From positions 20,708,001-20,772,000 of the forward strand of contig JBHGNT010000011.1 of the NCBI GenBank assembly GCA_043228905.1: 64,000 nucleotides of DNA, in the 5' to 3' direction. Made by a program: the position numbers and the translations under genes. How positions within the stretch are numbered: position 1 is the first letter of the stretch; each line of letters starts with the position of its first letter. This document shows, one piece after another, positions 1 through 12,480 of the stretch. The notes below the pieces were generated by a model. The model was not told the DNA's origin and did not search any database. It was given only the letters and a program-made list of their open reading frames with translations. Source of the DNA: Azolla caroliniana. Taxonomy: Eukaryota; Plantae; Polypodiophyta.

Positions 1-3000
1 GATTCTTGAAGCAAATAAACCAAGAGTTTCAAAAATAAAAACTGCATAAAAGAATATAGCGTACGCCGTACAATCAAAAGATATTATGGCAACATAAGCT
101 ATGTATAGATGATTACAAAGCATGTTAGTTGCATCATTGATCATTGTTAGAATACTCCGCAAATGGTCAAAAGGTGTGAATGCTTTTCCTAGACCTTTTC
201 TAGTATATCGATAACATTAACTCTCGTTTTCGTGTCTCCTTGATATTCTTGTTATGTGAATGATCTTGCCAATGTGTGATCAATCTCATGTTTTCGAGTA
301 AAAATGGGCTTCCAATATTTGGCTCTAAGGATATCACAATTCATGGTCCTCTCTTGAAATAATCGGTGTCATCTACTTACTAATGCATTGTGCATCTTGT
401 AGCACAGTGACATAATTTCTCAATGAAAATTATGATTGTTGCCCCCTCCCCCCAACTTGACTAAAGATATTATTCAAAAGAGATGATATTCAACATGTTA
501 TTCAAAATAGTCGGGAACCATCAACAATGTTATCAGCCCTCGGGTCAATTTCAATGAAAGGGAACACTTTTTGCCACTTCTTGATATCCACATGCATATT
601 GGACTTCGCAATGTCAATTATTCAAATATTTTCTTGCATCATTGACTACACATGTCAGCACAAAAGAGTCAATCAAGACCCATTAGTTGAATCCTAAGAC
701 CAATAGGAAGCAAATTAATACACAATAGGGGATTGGTATCCAACTATGCCTGTGACTAGTGTCACTTTGAAGGAGTCGTAGCAAAAGTAGTGTAGGAGGT
801 GCCTAGATTAGAGTTAAGAAAATGAGCTTGCATGGAAATGGATATATCATGTAATAAAGGCTTGATAGTTGCAACTAGGCATGTTTAGGTCTCAATGGAA
901 GTCGACGTTGGGGTCTATTGTTGTCTTGATGAATCTCTCTTTTAATCAATCATCCAAAGAGTGATGGAAAGTGAGAGTGAATTAAGTCTTGGATCAATAC
1001 TTGAATGTATGAAACATTATCATTACCGTAGGTTTTGGTGAATATAGTACCATAGCCATAATGTTCACCGATAATAGTATGCGCACTTCCTCTCATAAAA
1101 CCGCATCATTTCATTTTTCATGGAGATTTGCTATAAATCCTACATTCAAAGCACAAAAATTTTCCATCACTAATTGTCATGAGGCCCATGACAAATAATG
1201 TCTCTCAATTTCTAACTATCATCGAGTATTACAATCTTGTATTTACTATTATATCCCAAGTATATTATATGGATGTTACCTCAACCAACTATATTCAAGA
1301 TAGCTAGAATGCATGATGACATGAGTATTTGTTGAATAATATAAAAATGTGAAATGAAAAAGTGATAGTGTTCCCAATAAAGGAATTTGAAACACAATAT
1401 AATCTTGAGCAAGATCATGATTAAAGTTGTTGGAGTTTGTCCAAGATATTAATTCATCATGTTATGGTTGCCTTGTCAACACTAGTGTCACTATATTATT
1501 TACTATCAAAGGCCATCTTATTTGTACATATTTACAAGTAGCCTTATATGAATATGTTTGCATTTTTAGGAATTAAGTGTAGCCTTATGTTTGTCATCTT
1601 TTCATATAGAGCATTTATTTGGTTATCGTCCTTGTCACTAAATGTCATCTAATTAACATATATAAGTAGCATGTGGGAGTTGCAAATATGAATGATAATA
1701 GTCTTAACTTGCATATCATCAACTTGTGCTCAAAATGGAATTGTTGCATATCATATGAGAATTTGATTGTTTAATATTATCATATAACATGCCTAAAGGA
1801 GCCCATGTGGCAAAGGTTGGGATTCGATGCCCATCCACTTGTCCAACGCTTTAAAAAAATGTGTGTTGGAATGTAATGAAGGAGTTGAATGTGTTTCAAC
1901 GTATGACAAATGATTTTGTTTTCAATCTACAAGAATGTTCAAAATTTTAGTATTACCATCAATAGGCAAATAGCATAAATATATATTTAAGCCTAGTCTT
2001 GACAAATCATCGGTAATATTATAACGCGTGTAAGTTAACTTCTTTACATGTTTAAACTAATTATCACTAGAAAGGAAATGCATCCAAGCATTGCAAAGGA
2101 ATTGAACATAAAGTATATTATTCAATTGTAGGATAGTTGAGTTAGAACATCAATTCAATGTTGAAAGTATACATGATTCAACATCATCAATTGTCACCTT
2201 AAAGCCAAAGCATGATAATGAGTGCTACGCATTTATTTACTTGCAACATTTCCATTAGTTTGTTAGATGTTATGTTGCATGCATGTCATTGTTATGCATG
2301 TTGATTTATATCAATATTTCAGATCCTATACATCATATAATTGTTATGCACGTAGATTTATAATGATATTTCTCATCTCTACTCTTTTGGACAATTCGTG
2401 ATTCTTTGTTGAGTAAACGTGATGCACACCAACGACAAAAGTATAAGGTGTATGTCAAATCCTAACATTGCCCCACATCATATTGTTTCCAAAAGTGTGT
2501 TTCATGTTTTGAGGCATGCCATGTGAGTATGAGTTATGGATTCTATGAAGAATCTTAGAAGGTGGGCTCATTCTACCGGTATTATCAAATTGTTGGCGCT
2601 TGATTTTAGAGTTTGGAATATCAAGGGTTAGGATTCGGTGGACCTTTTAAGGTCAATTATATAAAAGAATGTGGTAGACCTCGGATAACTTAGGCATACA
2701 ATTCCAAACCAACAATTTAAGAGAAAAGGAAATAGTAGCACTTGCAATGCTTTGAAAAATTAAAGCTTCAAAATAAAACCTGGCCCAATAGAGGAAACTA
2801 TTTAGTTCCTTTAAATGTACAACTCATGAAGATTTCATTTTAATCACGGTGATGGGCATCATCATTGATATTTGATTTCCCATTCTATTGTACATTAATC
2901 AATTAGTTTTTTCCATGGGGGTCCTTGAAAGAAAGCATGTGATGTAAGAATCAAAGTGCACAAATACATGAAAATGTGTTGTTTAATTCTCAACGTCATG

Positions 3001-6000
3001 TCAAGCCCATATTATAAATCAAATGAGCAATTGAATTTTGTCTTTAGATATTGGTAACGATATAGAAACATAAATAACCCATTTTCACTACAAGTAAATC
3101 ATATTAGCTCATACTACACAAAAACAAAATAAAAATGATATCCAACTAAAGGATATGAAGTTTCTCACTTGGTGATTGAACATTTATAACATTTGCCTAC
3201 CCATGCACATCGTTGTATGCGAGTACTTTTTCTATGCGACAAGGATATGTTATCTATGTAACATCTTTTAAAAACATCTTGTTGGAAATATGAAGATGAA
3301 AATTACTAGATGTCATAAGATTATTGGTGGATTGTTAGTATGTAAACTTGTCTTTTTACATTGATGATTTACCCATGGTCATTCCGTTTCAATTCCCATT
3401 AGATGCTAAGAACATATTCATTCATCATGACCAAGGTTCCATTTATGCATACTGAGCTTGCATTGCATTATGTTACATGTATGCTAGCATCAACTTGTAT
3501 AATGACAACACCTAATCATTGCAAAAGGCACACACATTCCTATATCATACAAAGAATCATTACAAATGAAAGTTCACATCCTCAATTTAAGTCTACCAAA
3601 CTTGATCATATACATTTAAACACATCTTAGGACCCACTTCGCTCCATGTTGTTCACACCAGGGCAACTAGCATGAATAATTGAAATAAACACTACACCAA
3701 TCAATTTATGGGGTCTACCATGTGTACTCTTTATTTTCCCTGGCCCATAAAACCGTAGATTTAACGCGTAATGGGTTTAATATTGCTCCGTGAGGAAAAA
3801 AATCTGTGCACTCACTCACTCCTTCCCTTCTTCACTACTATGATGATTAATGAATTGGTTCCCATTTCCAACAGTTGTATATGCCTAACAAAGAAGAATG
3901 CATTGGGATCATGCCTTTCGACTTCTCTAATATGTATAAGCTAATATTAGACACATTATGGTAGTGATGTAATATTGATACCTTTACACAAGTGTGCATT
4001 TAATAATTTCATGTATCAAGACTAAAATGGGTTTCTAACATCTTAAACCAAGTGTAGATTGCCATACATTAAATATTTTGCATCAACATTGTGAACATTG
4101 TGGATCTTGATGACAACATACTATTTTGCAATAAAAACCTAAACCATTCAAAACAAATCAACCAACTCTCAATTCATTGACATGAAAGCCAATGTGTATC
4201 AAAGGATATTGAAGGTTTTTTTGGGGGAAAAAAAGGATATTGAATGCATCACTAGATACAATTAGGATACTACCAATTGAGAAGTGGACAAATTCACCAA
4301 ATAAGAAGAAGGATTAGGTTCACCAAATGAAAGTGTGTGTGAAAGCGCATCAATAGGATCTTTAAAATTCCAGAAAGATAATCACTCTTACTTTCCCTCC
4401 AATATTCTTGATATGTTTAGTTTTCAGAAATATATAGCATATCATATGCAATATTTGTTGACAATCCATAACTATCTTGCTATTGGTTACTAGTAGGAAG
4501 TGTCAACATGTGGATACATTGGCAACATTTTCAAATAATTGGTTCAATAAATAATCAATGTTTTGATATCTATGATTGCTTGAGTTAATAAGTCTTCAAA
4601 CCCTCGAGTCTCTACAGAAACATTGAACCTTTGTATTTATTGAGTTTTATGCATTTCAATCTAGTTTAAATAATGAACACAAATCGATACCTTAAGTTTA
4701 CTTAATGTCGAATAAGGATATGTATTCTTAACCCAAAAACTACACTATCCCTTTTCATTTCCTTAGAAAATGTGGCCTACTTTGTCCAATGCCTCCAAAA
4801 TTAATGTTTTGAGTAAACCATAATTTTTAAGAGCTTTCTTTGTAATTGATTTTCCTAAAGCTACACTTCTAGAATGTAATGAGCTCATTGATGTTTTCCC
4901 ATACTTCTATTAAAATTCTGACATTAAAATCTATCTCCCAAAACTAGCCATTGTCATACCAAGTTTTCTATGTAGAAGCTTTAAATGAAATTACCAACAA
5001 GAGAGGCCATGTTTTGATCCGTAGATAGCTTCTCTTAGGGTCTAGTGGAACAAGTGCTTGCCAATAATCTATTCATTTCGTAACTCCAATCATTATCTTT
5101 GTCGTGAATTAGAGTGACTTGGACAACCTTAGGCCAAAGCCTATTTATCTTCTAACATGTGATAACATCTGTTTTTTTTTGCATAAAAAGTTTACAAATC
5201 CATTGGCATAGAGAAACGAACAATAACTCGGCAAAAATGTATGGGAAAAGTTAAGAATATATTTAAGCTTTAGAATATCACATCTTTTGAGACTATGGTT
5301 AGAATAACGTCAACCAAAAAGACATTCATTTGGATTTAGTTGAAAGTCGAGTTAAAAAGGCACGATTGCCCTAGTAAGTTATGTACCCTAAAATGGACAT
5401 CTTACAAAATGTTTTGTCCTTGCTCATGAGGATTGGTGCCATTCACTTTCCCAAGTATGTATCTTTGAATTTTTCTTTGAAATTCTAATATGAGATGGCA
5501 ACATCCTTTATTGTCTAGTACAAAGATAATGTCCATCCAGCTTTTTTTGAGCCAATAATCGTTTGCTCGCACTCTCATGGAAAAAAACACCGACAATATT
5601 ATGGGTTTCAGAAAAAAAAAACAAATATTCCAACACTTACATACTTGAGATATAAGTTGAAAATTTAATGTTCAATATTACTGCCACCGCCACAAATAAA
5701 TCCATAAGTTTTCACATCCATCAAATGTTGCAAAAATAAAACTCTTGATCAAATCATGTGTTAAATTATATTGACTACTGTGCACATCAAATGACCTCAA
5801 AATGTTACCAAATATCACAATACAAACTTACAAACGTAAAGATAACACATTTGAAACAAACCATATGTTTTTCCTTCTATAGCTCTTTTCTATCCTATAT
5901 GTATTCTTCTATTGTTCCCTTATATTTTATATGTATCCCTTCTTTTCTCTACATCCCCTTTCAATGTGTTTCTTAATTCTATATTCTTTCAAACATTTGT

Positions 6001-6213
6001 TATAGTTCCTTCCACAATTCACATCCTCCCATTCTATATACAATGTATGAATGCCTATTTCTGTACTATTTTTATAACAATATTGGATTGTTCTCTCTTG
6101 CCTAGAAATTTTGCGGAAAAAAATTATATGGACATATTTATTTTAACCCGTCACTCAAGACAAGGATTGTTCTAATGCTTGTGCTTTTTAAGGTTTCCAT
6201 TTTGTATCCACAT

Positions 6214-6343
6214 ATTGTGAGCTTGGCATTTGGGATGGAGAATTTGTGAGATTGGCATTTTGGATCAAGAAATTGTGAGATTAGCATTTTGGAATCGAGT
6301 AATTATGATATTGGCATTTTGGATCAAGAGATTGTGAGATTGG
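6214..6343. repeat. Degenerate ~29-30 bp minisatellite, ~4.5 copies (ATTGTGAGATTGGCATTTTGGATCAAGAA)
   Basis: Units read directly, just downstream of the PPR stop codon. Confidence 0.85.
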
Positions 6344-6641
6344 TTGGATTTGCACCTATATGTAGATATCCAAACACCTAATAAATTTGGATGGTGTATC
6401 ACGAATCTTATATGTTGGGCATCATCTCAAGGGCTCTGGCCAGGGTTTGCACATCATAGCATCTTTGTTATAATCTTCCTTTTTCTCACCAGAAAGTCGA
6501 AATATATACAGTCCAATGCATACCCACAGAATAGTCATCATGTGATTGTTTTTTATAGATCTCTTTTATTTTTGTGTGTGTATTAGTGTACTTTGTGGAT
6601 GGCTTGACTCTTTAAGAAATGACAATGTCGTTCTACTTGCA

Positions 6642-8789
6642 TCAATCCACCAATATTGTCCTATCATCAATCCATGCTTTGTTCTTCATCCTCAATGCCT
6701 CAATCCTATTCGCCTCCATTTGCATTCCAGACGTTGTATATATGTTCTGCATGCATATATATGCAGCCCCGCACTTATCGTTTAGCTGTATTGATTGCTT
6801 GAATGCCCAATTCCCAAGTTTCATGTTCCCCCATTTCCTACACGCACTCAATATGGTCAAGAATAGAGGAAGATTTCGGTGATATGATGATACCTTCGCA
6901 AGCATAGTTTTCACCTTGTCAAAGTGCCCAGCTCGGCCAAACACATCGATCATACAAATATAGTGTTCTAATGTTGGTGTTAGACAACAAATAACACACA
7001 TTTCATCAAATAGCTTTTCTCCGTCCTCAAGTAGACCCGCATGACTACATGCAGTGAGCAAAACAACAAATGTGACTGAATTTGGCATGATGCTTTCAGT
7101 TTTCATTTGTTTATAAAGGTTCAAAACTACCATAGCTTGACCTAGTTGTGCATATCCCGTCATAAAGGCATTCCAACTGGCAACTTCCCGTACTGGAATG
7201 TGTTCAAATACTTTTGTTGCTTTCTCCATCACACCACACTTGGCATACATGTCTAGCAATGCGGTGCTGAGCACCACATCTTTGTGCAATAGCCCTTGCT
7301 TCCTGACATTAGCATCTATATCTTCACCAATATTTAAAGATCCCACAATCCCACAAGCTTTCAAAACGCAAACATAAGTTACTACATTAGGACAAACTCT
7401 TGCATCTTGCATTTTTTTAAAGAAATCCAATGCTTCATCCCCAAGCCCATGTTCAGCATACCCTCCAATCAAGGCACTCCAAGATACAACATTTCGCACT
7501 GGAAGTTGTTCAAATACTTCGCGTGACTTCCCCATAGCACCACACTTGGCATACATGTCCACCACTGCAGTCCCGACCACAACATTGCTTTGCAACAAAC
7601 CTTGCTTTCGGACTTCAGCATCTACTTCTTCCCCTATCTCGAGTGACCCTGCAATGCCACAAGCTTTCAGAACATTTATATAAGCTACTACATCCGGGAA
7701 AATTCCATCCTCTTTCATCTGTCTGAAGCAATTTAAAGCTTCCTCAGCCCGTCCATTTTGGACATATCCACCAATCAAGGAGCTCCATGCCACAACATCC
7801 TTCACCGGAAGATTTTCAAACACTTCTTGAGCTTTCCCCAGCAAACCACATTTGGAATACATGTCCATCATAGCAGTGCCAAGCAATTTGCTCTTATTTA
7901 GCAACCCACGGTTTCTGATCTCAGCAACTATATCTTCACCGATATCTATATTCTTGACAGTGCCGCAAGCTTTTAAAATGCATATGTAGGTTACTTCATT
8001 GGGGCAAACACTTTCCGCATTATCAAAACGCATGTGTTTGAAGCAATTCAACGCTTCATGCCCAAACCCATGATCAGCATATCCACCAATCAATGCATTC
8101 CAAGTGACTACATTTCGCACTGGAAGTTGTTCAAATATTTCTTGTGCTTTGTCCAACACTCCACATTTGGCATACATGTCCACCATTGCAGTGCCAAGCA
8201 TGACATCCTTGTGCAAAAAACCTTGGTTTCTTACCACAGCAGCTATACCTTCACCAATCTTGAGAGACCTAACAACGCCACAAGCTTTCAAAACACATGT
8301 AAAAGTGATCTCATTAGGGCTGATTCCCACATTTCGCATTACTTCAAATATGTGTAGCGCCTGATGGCCATGCCCAAGACGAACATATCCCGAGATAAGG
8401 GCGTTCCAAAGGCGTACATCGAATTCTGGAATACGCCGAAGTAGCACACTCTGCGCCTTGTAGAGATCACCACATTTTGCATATGTGGTAATGAGAGAAG
8501 TTGCAATGTATGCATCATTTTCCAGGTCTTCCTCGACCACATGGGCGTGGATTCTTCTCATCTCCAACAAGTTTCTGGTTCTCTGGCATGTCTTCATCTC
8601 ATTCAAAAGCGTGGGTCGGAGGACATTAGCAAACTGCCCATCAACAATGCCAAGAACAAGAAGCTTACCTGTGGAAGAGAGTTTAAGACCAGTGTTGATG
8701 GTTCTGTGTGTCCACAACGGAGATGGGTCTGATGAGAAGAGATCTTCTTCTCGGAACAAAATCCGTGTGTCTGCGAGGGAGGAGATCAT
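6642..8789 (-). CDS. PLS-class pentatricopeptide repeat protein with E domain, no DYW (organellar RNA-editing factor type); single exon, 715 aa
   Basis: Repeated P-L-S triplets (NVVTWNALIGGY..HG...EAL, PNEVTY.C.LKACG, LGTAMVDMYAKCG...KA..VFE.LP). L2/S2 motifs TF..LL.ACSHAGL..G and EHY.CM.D.FGRAG. E-domain LSACRKWGN and AAYICMQNIY. The ORF ends at KAWIDDRTILVD without DYW. Confidence 0.93.
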   Translation of the reverse strand: MISSLADTRILFREEDLFSSDPSPLWTHRTINTGLKLSSTGKLLVLGIVDGQFANVLRPTLLNEMKTCQRTRNLLEMRRIHAHVVEEDLENDAYIATSLITTYAKCGDLYKAQSVLLRRIPEFDVRLWNALISGYVRLGHGHQALHIFEVMRNVGISPNEITFTCVLKACGVVRSLKIGEGIAAVVRNQGFLHKDVMLGTAMVDMYAKCGVLDKAQEIFEQLPVRNVVTWNALIGGYADHGFGHEALNCFKHMRFDNAESVCPNEVTYICILKACGTVKNIDIGEDIVAEIRNRGLLNKSKLLGTAMMDMYSKCGLLGKAQEVFENLPVKDVVAWSSLIGGYVQNGRAEEALNCFRQMKEDGIFPDVVAYINVLKACGIAGSLEIGEEVDAEVRKQGLLQSNVVVGTAVVDMYAKCGAMGKSREVFEQLPVRNVVSWSALIGGYAEHGLGDEALDFFKKMQDARVCPNVVTYVCVLKACGIVGSLNIGEDIDANVRKQGLLHKDVVLSTALLDMYAKCGVMEKATKVFEHIPVREVASWNAFMTGYAQLGQAMVVLNLYKQMKTESIMPNSVTFVVLLTACSHAGLLEDGEKLFDEMCVICCLTPTLEHYICMIDVFGRAGHFDKVKTMLAKVSSYHRNLPLFLTILSACRKWGNMKLGNWAFKQSIQLNDKCGAAYICMQNIYTTSGMQMEANRIEALRMKNKAWIDDRTILVD

Positions 8790-11700
8790 CTCTCCCTCCT
8801 GTCTTCAATCTTCATCGAAACAGATACACGTAATTTACTAAAACACAGCCATCTCTCCGCTCTCCTCATCCAACACTTTACGATATTTACAATCGATACC
8901 CTTCGATCTGTTCTGTTCTGCCTTCTCAACCAAAATATTTATTTACCAGTCAATGGCACTGGTAAATATTCTGCTACCAGGCAAACTTATTGTATTACTA
9001 CTCATCATCAATTTGATCTTGTTTATTTAGTAATTGTCTTTCAAAGCTTTTCATTAGCAACTAATCGCATTTTCAAAAAAAAATTAGTGGTAATGTTGTG
9101 CATTTTAAGGAAGTTAAACCTCAACACATAGGATTTAAAATATTACAATCTTAACCATGTAGAATTAAATTAAGATCACTAGTTGTGGATTCAAACCCCA
9201 ACAATGATTTGGTGATATCCACCAAATTTGAGTGGAATTCCAGTCGTATTCCCTTCAAACAACATACATATTGCAATGTATTTTGTTATTTGCATATGCC
9301 TAGTTCTGGACACAGCGACATCACCTTTAATTGACTCTCGTTGGTTGTGCGATTGCAACCTTTCATTTTTGTGCATTACACGCAATGCTGCATGTAATGC
9401 ACAAAAGCTATTGCATTGAAATCAATGCTAAAAAAAATCATAAATCCCACAATTTCAAAGTGAAGGCATCACGTAGATTTAAATACAAAATTTGACAAAG
9501 CATTCCATTTATTAATGAAAGCGGTTACAAATCTTGCAAACACAAACTTTAGAGAATTTGGCTAAGTTCATATAGGAGCCTCAATTATTAAGGTTTATTT
9601 CACTTTGAGACATGCATTCTCTTATGGGTTGATGTCTATGATCGTAAAGCAACAACAAATCTTGACACTTGGATGATATGGACACACCCACGTTATGGTT
9701 GTTTTATCGATTGTTTCTTGTACCTAAAGTACTCCCACCTCTCAAAGGTTTCGGGTGCCATTCACACATTTAGAGGGAATTTTGCTCTCCCTATAATCAT
9801 ATGTTATTTTGAATTTTGAGGAAGGCATGGAATTGACCCAAGTTGTGACAAAAACAACAAACTTTATACATTGTCACAACTATAAAGAAATGGTTGAGGT
9901 TTTGCACTTGAATATTCTTAATGTTGTGGGCAACTATTGTTGTGTGGATCTTTATTTTGAGTTTCCGAGAGATTGTTCCAATGATGCAATAATTAAGCAA
10001 GTAGCCGGAGTGAAGGAATGATTGTGTGGTCATAGCAAAAACCACCTGAGTGAAGAAGAGATTATGTGTTCACAATGATAAACCACCTACAAAACCAACA
10101 TTTCTTGGAAGGTCTATAGAAACCTATAACAGTAAAGGTAAGATGGGAAAAATACACATATCACACGATTAGTCAATAAAGCAAGACAAGACACACACAA
10201 ACGTGCATGGATAGATGACCATCTTGGGGAAAATTCCACATAAACAATAGGATGATGATCACACATGTTTGTGAGGTATGTTTATCTTGAAAAACATTGC
10301 ATTGCAAAATTATCTTTGGTACAAAGTCCAACAACAGATTTCTTGTTATGATATGGTACTCTTTATAATCAACAATTTACTACGTGTGGATGTTGTAGCA
10401 CTCTTACCAATGCGTTTATCCTCAAACTAATGCAATAATCTATTAACCATTCACTCATGTTCCAAAATGAAGCTACTTTCCCATTAGTTAGGAAGGATTA
10501 TTAACCATTCACTCATGTTGATCAAGACTATTCATAAAATGAGACAAATGTGGCATATAATGTTTGTTGAGGTGTTGCTTCGCTATTCCTTTTTAAGTGG
10601 ATGAGACAAATGTGGCATATAATGCCACTTACAACCCATGCTCATGCACTAGACATTTTTAATGTGCTGCATGCAAGTTCAAACGTGAGAGTTAGCACTT
10701 AACATATAATATCAATAATGTGTTGAAGGTTAAGATTCCTAATAATGATAATGTTTGTCCTATCAATCAATTGCTTTGTTAGATAGGTATATTATTGGTT
10801 CATGTAATCAACATAAGTTTAAACATACATTACATCCCAATAATTGTGGGGTTGGTTAGCTATCATCCCTTGTGTATTTTCTACACATGATTTCATCAGT
10901 ATGGATGCATCGGGAAATTCTAATAGGATTAGACAAAGGTCATGCTTTGCAAGTTGTTAGCGTGAAGTCGATTAATATTACCATCTTACTTGACATGTGT
11001 TGTTGTATGCACAATAAATTACATATGGTAGTAACAGATTATATTGTTCGTAGTCGATCTCCTATCAAACCTTGGAACTATAAACTTGTACGAAAGGAGC
11101 AATACCTTCAATCACGTACAACTTAACAAGCATGGCTATCTTTGATCATGTGCATGTATAAATTTGTCCTTTTCATTCACTTAATTTGTCAACTGGATGG
11201 ATAATCAAGAGTTCCATAAATGTCATTCATTTGATGACTCATAATATCAATATTTTCCAATGCTTGTTACCAGGAGGGAGTTTCATACATTAACACCAAA
11301 TGAAAAATATTTTCCGTGATACATATTGTACAACATCTTGCTAGTGGTAAAAAAACCTGCAAATCAAAGAAGAGATACTAAGTGGAGGACTTATGTCTTG
11401 TACCTTACGCTTCTAGTGGTGTTGACTTTTTACTGACTCTTACAAATACTAAAGAGGTCGGCTCATTGGTTGCTAAAAAGTCACACAATGTTTAATCATC
11501 AAGTGACATGCTTTATTCAAAAGGGGAAAACACTACTAATAAATTGAGGAATAATTTTGACAGAGACTATAAACGCCAATATATAGGACATATCTCCACA
11601 AACAAGGAAAATCGAACACTATATACATAAAAGGGTCGCAATGTTTATATTGATTAGTGAGTTTGTGCCATATGGTGCATAATGTCTCAAATACCATGGC

Positions 11701-12369
11701 CTTGTCTTATGATTGTAATCCTCGTCTAGGAAAACCCTTGGTCTTGTACACGAGTAATAAATCTTTTCTCATTTTTGGTGTGCTTGCAAACATTGGTGCC
11801 TTTGCTTAATGATTGCATCATATAATATGTATTGGTTGTTAGGACATTTGCACGTAGCTTCTACTCTATGGTTGATTTACTTTATTGCAATAAGAAAAGT
11901 GTAAGTAACAAGCTTGATAAACACTACATGTCTATAGATGGATAGTCGGATGTGTAAATGTAGGTAGGTTGTTGTAATGTAGAAAGTTTCGAGATGCAAT
12001 CTTGCAGTTTAAATATTGATATTCGTTCTGGGCATTGTAATGCTGAAATTGCATAGTGCAATCAAAGTAAAGTTTGTTTTTCTACCCCAACATAAGTTTA
12101 ACGACAGAATTGAAAGTGGTTTTGCTCGAAGATTTAGTATTTGATCAACAAAGACATGACTACTTATTTAGTATTTCAACCAATCTTATTTTATTGCTCT
12201 CCTTGGACGCATATGTATGTATATCTCAATGCAATCCATTAGAAAAAAGAAAGCAAATTTGTATAAGACATTGAAAACTTTATGCAAAAACAAATTTCTT
12301 CTCTTTGACCTTTCCTTCTATCTTTCAAAACCCTTTAACAAATGTTTAAACCAAATATTTTTTCTTCAT

Positions 12370-12440
12370 GAATTAATATCGTCACTCGTTGTAAACCAAT
12401 CGTCTCATGGACCAATTTTGGTCTTAGAATAATATATATT

Positions 12441-12480
<40 letters not shown>

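Noticed and set aside
4000-5100. Faint helicase-like peptides on the - strand (LLVISF, YLMYGNLH)
   Set aside because: No Walker A/B motif or continuous frame could be established by eye.
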